This document shows positions 13,130 through 24,152 of a stretch of 64,000 bases of DNA, in pieces. The stretch lies in assembly GCF_036321535.1 (NCBI RefSeq), contig NC_087436.1, forward strand, positions 38,504,001-38,568,000. The letters run 5' to 3'. The DNA is from Camelus dromedarius (Eukaryota). A program made the position numbers and the translations under genes. A model generated the notes under the pieces. It was not told the origin of the DNA, ran no database searches, and saw only the letters and a program-made list of their open reading frames with translations. Position 1 is the first letter of the stretch. Each line of letters starts with the position of its first letter.

Positions 13130-13290
13130 ATGAGCCATGTCTTGTGCTGAGTAGCACATTATACTATTTAGTCCAGTGAGGTGTAGGTAGCATCATTTAT
13201 GTTAAATCTGAGCAAACCAAAGTTCAAAGAGTTTTGAGTAACTTATCCAACTAAATGGCAGAACCCGGAGCCTTCTGGTTCTCTCATCCA
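13130..13290. mobile_element. MIR fragment
   Basis: gagcaaaccaaagttcaaagagttttgagtaacttatccaa...aaatggcagaacc. Confidence 0.55.
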
Positions 13291-14336
13291 GCACTGCGAG
13301 TGTTTCACCCACGTGGGTGAACATGGTGATGCACTCACCACGTCTCAGAAAAGCCAAGTGGATGGACATTTAAGGGTATTTAGTAAAATATTGCTCATCT
13401 GTTTATTTTTCTACCACTTGGCTCTTCTGTTGACTTTTTTAGTTGGTTATTTAAGTAGGTTATTTGAGCAAATGTTAAGCAGGTTATTAAGCAAATATCA
13501 GTAAAACATTCATAGCTGAGCAGTAGAAATTTTGAACTCAGCTTTTCACTGCTGATCACTTTTTCTTTGAAAAGCCCTGTGTCAGCATTCCTTTGACAGG
13601 GGCTGTTGGGTAAAAATCATCTATGGTTCGATTGGTAGGGTGTTACAGGAACATGGCAACCTGGTATCTTATCAAAGAGCCAGCATTTAATGACTACTTC
13701 CCAAGGACCCTGACTGCAGAAAGTCATCCACGGAGCTGCCCGAGGGTGGTAGCCTCTCAAAGGAGAGCGTCCAGAGGCTGGCTGAGAAGTAGGGTCGGGC
13801 AGGTTGTGTCATGAAAGGCAGATCCTTTTGCTGGGAGGAGGCTGACCATGGTTGGCCACTCAGAAAACCAAACAGAAAATTCAAGAGTGGGAGGAAACTT
13901 ACTGTGAAATCAGATGATTACCAAACTCTGCTTAATTTGAAGACCAAATAATTTTAGCTTTTAAAAGGAGATCTGACATCTGAATCCACTGACAGTACTT
14001 GTCAAGAAACTTGTGTAACTACCGGTTAAGTTCCTTCATGATGCAGTGCAGAGGCAGTAGATAGCACTGTCCTGGAAGTACTGTCACTGGGAGAATCAAC
14101 TCTGAGTCTGATCAAGCCTCTAGCTTTAACTCCCCATTTGCAGGGCATGAGGAGGAAGACTACAGTAACACCACAAGGATGCAATTAGCCAATTTCAGAA
14201 TGTGGGAAATTCTATACAAGTGACTCAGTTTCTCTTTCTTTTAGCCATTGCAAGGAACATGCTATAAAATGGAAATAGTGGAAGTAAGGTTAAATGAATT
14301 AAACTACTACTAGTAATAATCTCTCTTCTCCATTAG

Positions 14337-14512
14337 ATTCAGGTCAGAAGGCAGTTAAGAAAAGTTCTGACAAAAACTGGGCCTTTTGGCAGTGCTCCAG
14401 CACTCGCCAGGACAACCAGTGCTCAGCTCCACCAACCACAAAGCTGGGACAACTCTTTGGAGTTCCTCTGATGGATGTGTGCAACAATGACAACCTGCCC
14501 ACCCCAGTTCTG
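14337..14512 (+). pseudogene. ARHGAP20-like: Exon f (176 bp): SGQKAVKKSSDKNWAFWQCSST...GQLFGVPLMDVCNNDNLPTPVL, start of RhoGAP domain
   Basis: ctccattag| acceptor, |gtaggt donor; LFGVPL RhoGAP entry motif; open frame. Confidence 0.92.
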
Positions 14513-15049
14513 GTAGGTTCATTTTGGTCTTCTGTAGCCCTCCTGAGGAGGGGAGCTCTGAGAAGTCATGTGTACTCATCCAAACCTATCCCCAGGTGGG
14601 CAAGTCGTTTAGACAGCCCCTGGCTTTGGCTGAGAAGTTTTGTTAATATGCCTTCAAAGACTAACATCTGATTTAGATACTGCAGAGCCATAAGGCGTAT
14701 ACACGGGAAAAGATACTCTTGTCCATTCCACCAGTTTTAGCAAAGACCCACATACACTTGCTCAGATCAATTAAAATGGGCTCTGTGTGCATGAATATCC
14801 GGGAGTCCACCGCATCCTTACATTCCCTCTTCACCTCCTTCCTAGCCTCAAGTCTCCTTCAGCTGAGTCTACTCAGTCTTACACAGCTCAAAATCTCACA
14901 TGGATTTGTTTTGCAATCCAAGGATTTAAGCATATAATTCTCATCCTCTGGCAAATATGAATTGTTTAATCTTAACAGAATGTGTCAAATGAAAGTCACA
15001 GAATTTGGCCTGTGTTACCTCAAATTACTATATTGAATTGTCAGTGTTA

Positions 15050-15330
15050 ACACTTATTCATCGTCCACTATCTCTCCAAGCACTATGCTAGATATAAGGA
15101 ATTTTATGCCAGATATGAAGAAACTTATACTAGTTACATGCTAGCTACTAACCCAGTCCTTGCATCTTTCATAGCAAGTTTAGGGGGTAGCTGTGATTAT
15201 CATCATCCCCAAAAATGAAAAATAAAAAAGCCTCAGTAAGTATGTGCTGTGTCCAAGGCCACACAGCAGATAGGTAGCATAACAGATTCCAGATTCCTTG
15301 GATTACCTGACTCCAAAACCTGTTATCTGC
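15050..15330. mobile_element. Adjacent L2 and MIR fragments
   Basis: ttattcatcgtccactatctctccaagcactatgctagata (L2) then tgtccaaggccacacagcag...cctgactccaaa (MIR). Confidence 0.55.
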
Positions 15331-15854
15331 CTACTCTGTAAGCCACAGACCAAAGGGAAGACTGACAAGAAGGGAATGTCATCAGAGGAGAAGGTAGGGG
15401 TTTTGAGCCCAATTTTAAAAGAGGGGAGGAAATAAAGGAACTGGGGTATACAGTCACTGAAAGGGGAATAACAAACGGAAAATGAGCATGGCAAAGATTC
15501 TCACACTTCGGGAAGAGCATCTGTATCAGGGAATAATGAGACAGGACCAGTGAAGGAGGAGAGGGTGATTCTACAAAGCCCTCAGAGCAGAGAAGTTTAA
15601 CAGTGTAAATTCACTGAAAAGGAAAATCTGATTAAACAAGCGTTTAAAACGTTTCATTGTATGAATGTAAAATGGACCGTTGGTAGAAAATACATTTAGA
15701 GACACTGAGAAAAAATTCCAAATTGGCTTTAGTCCCTCCAGCTCTAGCACTGCAAACTCACACACCCCAGCTCTCTCAAAAAGAGGGCAAGCTTGCGCTC
15801 TGGGCTTGTAGATATCAAATACCATATACTTTTCTCATCTTTTCTTCCCTATAG

Positions 15855-16016
15855 GATATGCTCTATTTTATCAGTATAAAAGATCTGCTCACAGAAGGCA
15901 TCTTCAGAAAATCAGCCAGTATAAAATCATGCAGAGCCCTATAGAAGAAACTGAATTCTGGGGACAAAGTAAACTTGGATGATGAGTCCGTTCTTGTGGT
16001 GGCATCAGTCTTAAAG
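15855..16016 (+). pseudogene. ARHGAP20-like: Exon g (162 bp): DMLYFISIKDLLTEGIFRKSASIKSCRAL*KKLNSGDKVNLDDESVLVVASVLK, premature TAG at 15942-15944
   Basis: ccctatag| acceptor, |gtgggg donor; EGIFR arginine-finger motif (Arg codon 15906-15908). Confidence 0.93.
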
Positions 16017-16855
16017 GTGGGGAAAGTTCTAGCATTATCCACACACAGAGTAACTCTGAAGCTGTATGACTGGTCCTACATCATAACTGCCCAAGAACAA
16101 CAGGAATAACAGACGAAGGATCTGAAAAGCTGAAAGACACTTCACAGACTCAAAATGAAAGGAAGCTTCTTTAGAGGTTAAGAGTCCCATATGTTAGGTA
16201 TACTTTCCTTTTTCATCACACAACACCCTCTCCATCTTCATTCATGAACACTCCACGAAGAAAAATAGTAATGATAATAAATTGCAAACACACACCCATA
16301 TACGATGTACAAAACGAGCTTTCTGCTTTTGATGACTTCCTCACCACCTTCCTAATGAAGACAAAGTTTCCAAAAGAAAATTCATATTAAGCTTTTGGAA
16401 ATAGTTATAGAAGTTTACCAAAGAAAGTAAACATTAGCTTTACGACAAATCAAAAAATGCTCACTAAGGCCACCAAAATCTCTTATGACTTCATCGACCT
16501 CCCTTCCCTTGTCTCTTAATGCCTTTTACTTTGAAATTGGTATAGGGATGACTACACCATTTGTGCCTCCTTTAATCTCCTTTTACCGCCTTTGGCATCC
16601 TTCGTTAACATTTGTTATGTTTAACCCACCACCCATGGTTATAGTTACATAGTGATCAGCTCCTACCACCACATGTCTCTTCTTAAAAATCTGTCTTTTA
16701 AAGTGGGTGCAGCAGTCAAAATGAGTTTGGAATTCTGAAAATTCAATTGATGTATTTAAGAAATGGATTGATTTTCAAATGATACAGCTAAATCACAAGT
16801 ATCCAGTTACATTTGTACAAGGGGAGTAATGGAACCAAGAAAGAATTGTTATTAC

Positions 16856-16997
16856 TTTTTTTTTTTTTTTTGGTAGGGGGAGGTAATTAGGTTTACTTAT
16901 TTATTCTTAATTTATTCTTAGAGGAGAGACTGGGGATTGAACCCAGGACCTCCTGCATGCTAAGCATGTGCTCTACCACTTGAGCTATATCCTCCCC
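16856..16997 (-). mobile_element. tRNA-derived SINE (Vic-1-like, camelid)
   Basis: Reverse strand has A box (tagctcaagtggtagagc), B box (ggttcaatccc), AT-rich body and 16-nt poly-A. Confidence 0.9.
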
Positions 16998-17834
16998 AAA
17001 CAGAGAATGAATTTAACCAATACATCTTGGTACTTATTAGCAGCTCTAAACAAAAATATGTTAATGTAGTAGTGGCTACAAACAGGTTATTAAAATTATC
17101 TTAGAAATTTGGTTACATTCCTTGTTCCCTATTAATTAATGTTCAATCATAATTTGATTGCGTGATAAACAGCAACAGTTCAGAAATGACTTAGAGTTGA
17201 CTCCTACCATACTAGCAAATAATAATACACACTAGGTATGCAAAAAGCAGGACAAGTGTTGCCCTTTATAAGGTGCACACATGAAACTGGTTGATTTGAT
17301 TTTCTAGTAAGAGTTAGGCTCTTGCTTATTTCCACATTGCAAGCACAGACTTGCAATAGGCTGGCTACTCATGGGTATAGTTCTTAGACATTCCTAAAGT
17401 TGACTGATCTTGATGGGGAATCAGACTATGCAACCTTGGCCTTGATATTACCACATGTCAACTAATCAGAGAGCTGTTCTAAACCAGAAGTGAATATATC
17501 ATCAATACCACATTGAGTTTGCCATTAAACTATCTATAAACAGAGGTCTAACAGCAAATATCCTTGGCATATTCTGCTTGGGTCATGTTCTGGCCTAACC
17601 ACACTCAGCCTCAGCAACGGACTCTACAGCACAGGGTCCAGGAAAGAGGAGACACATGCTCCAAATGCAAGCAGTTCAGTACACATCAGGCAAAGGGCCC
17701 TGCTGTCCCCTCCCAGACTCCCAGAACAAAAACTCCCAAATATGCCGAGGTCGCACCACAGGAAACACAGTGAAAAATCCTAATGACCAAGAGTGGGGAC
17801 TGTGTACCAATAACACAGTAAAGGTATGAGAGGA

Positions 17835-17940
17835 CGGAGACTTTGTCCATTGACTTCATTGCTCTACCCCCAGTACTCAGAAGAGTGCCTGGCACAAAAA
17901 GCGGCTCAGTAAGTATTGGAACAAGCGGATACTTACTGGA
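17835..17940 (+). mobile_element. L2 3' end fragment
   Basis: agagtgcctggcacaaaaagcggctcagtaagtattggaac. Confidence 0.7.
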
Positions 17941-18924
17941 TTATAATCATGATCGTTGTGTGAAGGCATTTCCTGAACAAGTTACTATTCAGAAAAGTCC
18001 TGGGCTATGTAGTGAGACCAGTGGAAGCAAGGTGTTCTTTTGAAACTAGCAAGGTGATGCAAAAATTTCCCCCCAGTCTTGCACAAAACATTACAACTTC
18101 ACACATTTTAAGAGGCCCAATTCTATGATATTAAGACTTGATGATCAGCCCTCTAAAGTGACAGATTTTCCAGGCCTCCACTTCGGAAGCTTACATTTGC
18201 ATACTTCTATCTCTGATACTCAGAGGCCTGAAGTTATATCTAAATTTTGTTTCCTTTTTTTGGGAGAATATGTTCCATTCAAGGAGTTGTAAGGGGCAAT
18301 GTGTAGGTACTCATTGGGGATTGTGATATATTTCTAACACCTGCTGCCTAAAAGTCTGCAGGACTGAACTTTTATACATTTATTTAAAAAGGAAGACTGA
18401 AGCTATTATGAATAGTTTTTTCCCAAGGAGCATACATACCTCAAGTCAGGAAGCCCAGTTCTCTCTTAATATGTGTGCAAGAGTGTGTGGAGGTGTGTGT
18501 TTTGTTTCAGAACTTCTCTTGCTTGAATTAAGAGCAAGAACTGTGTCCAAAGTAAACAAGTAAAGTGGGTATGAGCATTTCTTTTCAAGAAACTAATAGG
18601 ATTTAGGATGAGTTATCACCAGACCTTGTCAGTTTGTAGTAGTGTGCTAAATTGTACACGAAGAGTAAGTGCCAGGTGATAGAAGGGGCTTTATCTTCAC
18701 TCACACTACAGCCCAGACTCTACTTTTATGCTTCTAATTTTAGTTGGAGAAAATCTGAGCACCTGCTTCTGGGTGTGCAAGTCAGAGCCAAGCTCTGCGT
18801 GGGTCACTGTCTGGGAGTTGTGAAGGAAGTGGAGACTGAACTGAATTTTTCAACTAAATATTTTCTATCTAATTTCTCCAATATACATTTATCATCATCA
18901 TAATATATATTTTATCTATGTAAG

Positions 18925-19034
18925 GATTTTCTTCGAAATATCCATGGAAGTGCATTTTCAGCCAGTCTCTATGATAAATGGCTCAGTGTTCTTGATCAAG
19001 GGAACGAGGAGGAGAAAATAACTGCAACCCAGAG
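18925..19034 (+). pseudogene. ARHGAP20-like: Exon h (110 bp): DFLRNIHGSAFSASLYDKWLSVLDQGNEEEKITATQ(R)
   Basis: atgtaag| acceptor, |gtaatg donor; resembles DFLRNIPGSIFSSDLYDHWVSVMDQGNDEEKINTVQR. Confidence 0.92.
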
Positions 19035-19570
19035 GTAATGATGCAGTAGTTACTCTACTCTGGTCACACCTCAAAAATACAACCAGCATTCTCTTAGGAA
19101 AATACTAGGTTATATAGTTTACACTTTGTCCACTAAAATAATGACCAATATCAAAGGGTTTTTATTTGCTTATACCCATGGAGGCCAGTTTAGAAACAGG
19201 TGCGTGCCTTACTGCTGCTACTGAATTCTTGTTTTTCTCCTAATCTTATTAATATGGAATTTGTGACCATTTTATACCTTCTGAATACATAAAACTGTTG
19301 GAGATTAAATCCATTGGTCTAAAAAGAGATGCTAGAGGATCAATCTGCCAATGATATGCTCTTAACTTTGTCAAACAACCAACCAGAGGTTCTTATCTGG
19401 TTCAGGAACTGAATTCAATGAGACATTTTTGTGTGCATTCACACTTGGAACTCTGCAAGACTGGATTGTGTACATGGTATACAAAGAAGTACTCTGTTCT
19501 CTGTCTCTGTGTTTCCACTTCCCAAGCAAAATGACTTGCTTTATTTAGAAGTGCGTTTTTCTCTGTTTAG

Positions 19571-19760
19571 GCTTTTAGACCAGCTGCCAAAAGCCAAGGT
19601 TGTTCTCTTGCGATATCTTTTTGGAGTGTTATGCAACATTGAGCAATATTCCTCACCCAATCAGATGACAGCTTATAATTTATCAGTGTGCATAGCCCCA
19701 AGCATTCTTTGTGCACCTAATGCCAACAGCTCAGAATCAGAAAAGGATTTTACAAAAAAG
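19571..19760 (+). pseudogene. ARHGAP20-like: Exon i (190 bp): LLDQLPKAKVVLLRYLFGVLCNIEQYSSPNQMTAYNLSVCIAPSILCAPNANSSESEKDFTKK
   Basis: ctgtttag| acceptor, |gtaatg donor; RhoGAP NxMxxxNL motif; within ORF 19431..19811. Confidence 0.94.
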
Positions 19761-20009
19761 GTAATGAAATCTCTCATTGTTATGCCTTGTGGGGCAGAGT
19801 CCCCATTTTGAACCTGAAGTTTGTGGTATTAACTCTGATGGACCAGTTTTTTAAAGGGCACATTTAAATTAAGCTCCCCTGGAGTGGCAGAGTCATTTAT
19901 GCTACTCTGGAGGGGTATGGGAAGGTGGGTTGTTAAGTGGGAAATTGAAAGCAGTTGAATCACTTCTCCTTTCTCATCCAGGAGGCTAAACTATAGACAG
20001 ATAAGAGTA

Positions 20010-20140
20010 GGATGATGTGATAGAAAAGAACCTGAGCTTCAGAGTCTGACAGCCAAAGTTCAACTCTCAGCTTCATCACTGAAGGAGTGTGAACTAGGGC
20101 CATTTCCAAGCCATGGCTTCATCATTACATAATGATAACA
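20010..20140. mobile_element. MIR fragment
   Basis: gaaaagaacctgagcttcagagtctgacag...gttcaactctcagcttcatcact. Confidence 0.6.
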
Positions 20141-20547
20141 GCACACAGCTCTTCTGGTCACTGCTGGCACATCTTGATGGCTTGGGCAATGTGAGCACTC
20201 ATGGCTCCCCACGCACTGGCCTTCCTCTGCCAGTTGTGGTCATTCAGAAGGTACTTGGCTACTATTTTGCCTCCAATTCAAGATGAGGAAACTAGTAAAA
20301 GATTTCAGAACATCCTAATAGAGCCACAGCATGCCTAATAAGATCACAGCTCTCCCTCAAGCTCACCCAGACAGCAAGCATGAGACAAGGCAATGCAGTT
20401 AGACTAACAGACATTTTCTCTCCAGCTGCTTCCTCCCTTCACAAGAAAAACACAGAAATCTCTGCTTCCTAAGCTTCAGATATTTCTTCATTTAAGAAGT
20501 GATTCACAAGTTTTTGCCTATTGGATGCTTTACAAATTGTAATAAGA

Positions 20548-20612
20548 CACTGTATGTCAATTATATCTCAATAAAACTGGAAAAAATTTAAATAAAAAAC
20601 AAATAAATAAAA
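20548..20612 (+). mobile_element. Extreme 3' tip of an L1 with decayed A-tail
   Basis: ctgtatgtcaattatatctcaataaaactgg followed by an A-rich tail. Confidence 0.7.
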
Positions 20613-20979
20613 TTTAATAAGAGAATATACATCTTCACCTCAAGTATCCTTTGTGGGTTACTTGAAAACTATCCCAGGTTTAAAGATGTAACCATTGTTA
20701 TAAAAATGTTAGCTATTGAACTATGCCACAAATTATAACTTTAGCCCACTGATAAAAATAATTTTAAAATCTGTACCCAAAGTACTCCTGAAAGTATCAG
20801 TTATTTCTTAGAGAAAACTGGTTTGTGTGTGTGTGTGTATATATACATATATATAATCAACTCTGAATTTTTCTCAGAATTCTCTTACATATTTTTAGAT
20901 CCAAGATTCATATATGAAATGTGATTTATAATTATGCCGTATGTAAAAGAACAGCCCACTTTGCCCTTTTGTGTTACAG

Positions 20980-21109
20980 ATTTCTTTTGTAAAATTTTTC
21001 ATTGAAAACTGCCTCAAGATATTTGGGGAAGACATCACTCCCCTCTTGGGAGAGAGGTCAGCAAGTTGTGATAATGGTGATGTTACTAGTAACAGTGAGA
21101 AGGCTACAG
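20980..21109 (+). pseudogene. ARHGAP20-like: Exon j: ISFVKFFIENCLKIFGEDITPLLGERSASCDNGDVTSNSEKAT, end of RhoGAP domain; may instead read on to the stop at 21336
   Basis: gtgttacag| acceptor; candidate donor acag|gtactc; IEN..IF motif; within ORF 20971..21336. Confidence 0.85.
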
Positions 21110-21559
21110 GTACTCAGGATGATTTAATTGGCTTTGGTGAGAAAGACAGCAAGGCTGCCAAGGGTCATGGGAGATCCTTAGACAGTGCCATTCTGGAGCC
21201 CAAAGCACATCCCAAGGGCAATGATTTCCATCTGCTCCAGGTCAGGGGAGGTTTCACACTTTTGGGGGCCAAAGGAAAGGATAACACAGACTTCAAGAAG
21301 TTGTTAGTACAGCCATTAGGGGACATCATGGCATAATACAGCATTTGGGAATTTTTTCAAACAAAACTTTAAATGGAACTTATATGTATCAGATGTGTTC
21401 TGCTGAAACTAGAGTGAGGGGCCCAGAGCAATGCCTGGTTTCTTTCCTGCCCCCTCCTTTTCTGCTCAGTGGTCCCTGAGGCACCAACTGGTTTCCAGTG
21501 CCTTTGAAACAGGTTGAAAAGAACCAGCATCACTGAGAAAAAGGGACTTGATGATGTTA

Positions 21560-21730
21560 AACAACCTTTCCAGACTATAAACTCCTGTGCCACTATTTAT
21601 CAGTTGTGTTCATTCTGGCCAATTATTTTAGCTCAGTTTTAGTTTCTTCATCTCTAAAATGTGAATAAAAAATAACATCAAAATTTTAGGCGTATTGTAA
21701 AGATAATAATGTATGTAAAATAAATTTGTA
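21560..21730. mobile_element. MIR fragment
   Basis: ctcagtttttagtttcttcatctctaaaatgtgaataa. Confidence 0.65.
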
Positions 21731-21890
21731 AAAAAGCAACTAACTAATAGGGCTAGTAGAAGTTCCTCTGAGACTAGAGCTAGTATTTTTTGAGCCTAGC
21801 TAATCATAGCTAACTTGCAGCAGTCCATTTTATAAGGCAGAGTTTAGATTCAGAGCCTGGGGATGTGTATCATGAGTCCCCTCATATTTT

Positions 21891-22020
21891 TTTTTTGGAG
21901 TGGGGTAACTAGGTTTATCTATTTTTATTTATTTACTTTTAATGGAGGTACTGGGGATTGAACCCAGGACCTCATGTATACTAAGCTCGCGCTGTACCAC
22001 TGAGCTATATCCTCCCCACT
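21891..22020 (-). mobile_element. tRNA-derived SINE (Vic-1-like) with about 15-bp target-site duplication
   Basis: ggggattgaacccaggacctc...accactgagctatatcctcccc; flanks gtcccctcatatttt (21876-21890) and gtcccttcgtatttt (22021-22035). Confidence 0.9.
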
Positions 22021-22739
22021 GTCCCTTCGTATTTTTGACATTTCTTAGTTTTACAACATTTACCTCATTGCTTTTTGAGGAAATCATTAGGAAAATCCAT
22101 TTAATCAGGAATTTAGATGTGCCTAGTATCTGAGAATGTGCTTTACTAAGACAACGATTAGTTTTTCATTTCATCAGTGACAACAAAACAACCTCTTGAA
22201 TCTAAGTAGTGAGAGTGATAGTGATTTACAAAAGGCACAACTGCAGGATGATGCCAAGACCCCATATAGCATGGGTCTGTCTGGCTGCCTATCACAATTT
22301 TCTAAATCACTGAAGATTAGAATCTCCAAAATCACACTTGATCCTTTCTCTTTCTTTATTTCTTCAAGTATCTCACTGAAAACTCTTTTTCCAAAACATT
22401 TGCATGATTTTGTTGAGTTTGGATTAAATTCTCAGATCCCATCCAGAAATAAGTGAATTTCCTGGCAGAAGAATGAATATGAGGCACCTTAAACTAAGAA
22501 AACCACTTTTGAACACTGAATGAAAAATAAGACCTTCCAAGGTCCCAGCTCATCCCATTTGAGTTTTCTGTTTTTCTTGATCCCATATACCTGTATTTGA
22601 GGAAATCTTCCTACAAAATATCTCTTCTATCTTTGATTCCTACCGTATCGTATTACACTCTTTGTATTGTACGTTTTATTATTGGTACAATAAAAGTGGG
22701 TTAGTCATTTTATTTGTTTATGATTCATGTTAATACTTT

Positions 22740-22940
22740 AATGGAGGCTCACCTGGGCAGCTTGGGTCTCAACCAAAGTCACTTATGTACCTGCAGTCAA
22801 TTAGCAGCTCAAATGGGGCTAACTTATGTGTCTGTCAGTTGGTGCTGGCTCTGGGTTGATCTCCATGTCTTCAACAAGCTAGCCCAGTCTTCTTCATATG
22901 GTGGAAGAGGAGTTCCCAACAGCAAGAGAGGCTTTTCAAG
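22740..22940. mobile_element. Old MaLR LTR (MLT1-type) fragment
   Basis: tgtctgtcagttggtgctggctctggg...caagctagcccagtcttcttcatatggtgg. Confidence 0.55.
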
Positions 22941-23904
22941 AGTCCATGCAGGAGAGGACTGCATAAAGAACTACAAAGATAATGAGTTATTCATTATTTA
23001 CTGAGGGCTATTACTGTCATCAACTACCCATGATACACAAGACAGCATTTCTATCACACAGATACTTTTATTCATCAGTTTTTAACCCTCCATTCTTTAG
23101 ACCAGCATTTCCCAAAGGGTATTAGGAAGTGTCGTAAGGAATACCTTTGAAATAATTGATTTTTTCCCTCAGATATTTCTTGCCTCTACCTTTCTTCCTG
23201 TCTTAAGCTGTCTTAAGAGACAGCTAGATCATTTTCTCAGAAACAAGAAGCTACAGAAGAATGAGGAAAATAGAGCTGTTTGTTGCTTATGAGTTTTAAA
23301 AATTTAGTTTCCTAGGAAACAAGAAATTCATGGCAAAGAGTAAAGATTTAGGTGGAAATCTCATGGGAAAACCCCCAAAACAATTAGGTGTATGGGACAT
23401 GTGCACCATTTCCTGAGTAGAAAACAAGAGGAATCAGGAAGCCTTCAGGAAACAGCTAAATGACATGTCTAAGAAAGATAGGACATTATACATTCATACA
23501 GAATTTCTTGTAACTCAACATGGAACAGGTAAGTGAAATTATTCCCATCAATCTGAGAGTGGTATGGAAGGAACAAAGAGAGCCACTGGATTTGAATGAG
23601 ACATGTCTCAGCAACAGTTGTACAAGCCAATTCCCCAGGACCACATAGCAATTAGTACATCTCAGCAGATGCCTGGCATACACAGATGACACGGAGGACC
23701 AGTCAAATGTCATTCCACATTCCATAACCTCCTAACTCCTTGGCACTAGAAGACTCCAGAACACAGACACACTCATGGAGAAAACAGAGAGTGCTTGAAT
23801 TTCTACCAATTTGGGAACAGAGGATTAAACTATAAATCAAGTGAGTTATTTAAAAACATGGAACAGTACCTATCTTACATATATCCATTTGTAGACTGAG
23901 ATTG

Positions 23905-24152
23905 GTACCAATACACATGGAATACTTGATCCATGTGTTGTTTTCCTAGGAAAGGTTCCATGGTCAAATAGGTTTGGGAAATGCTGTATTTTCCTTTTGG
24001 AAATCAAAATGCCCACTAACATATTAACGTCTTAGAGAAGACCCATAGTAAAGAAACTCAGTATTTTCTCCATTTATTTGACCTGGCAGATTCTTCTGGA
24101 GGAATCTTGTTAATGAATGATCCTAGAAACATATATGAATAAACATTGCTCT
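23905..24152. mobile_element. hAT-Charlie (Charlie4-like) DNA transposon relic
   Basis: aaaggttccatggtcaaataggtttgggaaatgctg...agagaagacccatagtaaagaaac resembles remembered Charlie4 sequence. Confidence 0.55.

Larger units (their letters stand above)
619..21109 (+). pseudogene. ARHGAP20-like: Unprocessed pseudogene of an ARHGAP20-like Rho GTPase-activating protein paralog (PH end, RA, RhoGAP); 5' part outside the window, 3' end uncertain
   Basis: Ten AG/GT-flanked exons with compatible phases translate collinearly to remembered ARHGAP20 motifs (KEKDQPKRIPLK, VINMSLPMLG, GSEKDYQL, IKMSHL, QFILKP, NWAFW, GQLFGV, EGIFRKSA, VASVLKDFLRNI, LLRYLFGVL, NQMTAYNLSVCIAPSIL, FIENCLKIFGEDIT). Three nonsense codons and one frame-breaking insertion. 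Confidence 0.9.

Noticed and set aside
16925..16997. tRNA gene
   Set aside because: The A/B boxes belong to a SINE head with AT-rich body and poly-A; the same applies at 21950-22020.
619..21109. Calling this the functional ARHGAP20 ortholog, or explaining the stops by readthrough or selenocysteine
   Set aside because: Too diverged from remembered ARHGAP20 and lacks the long C-terminal exon; two stops are TAG and there is also a frame-breaking insertion.
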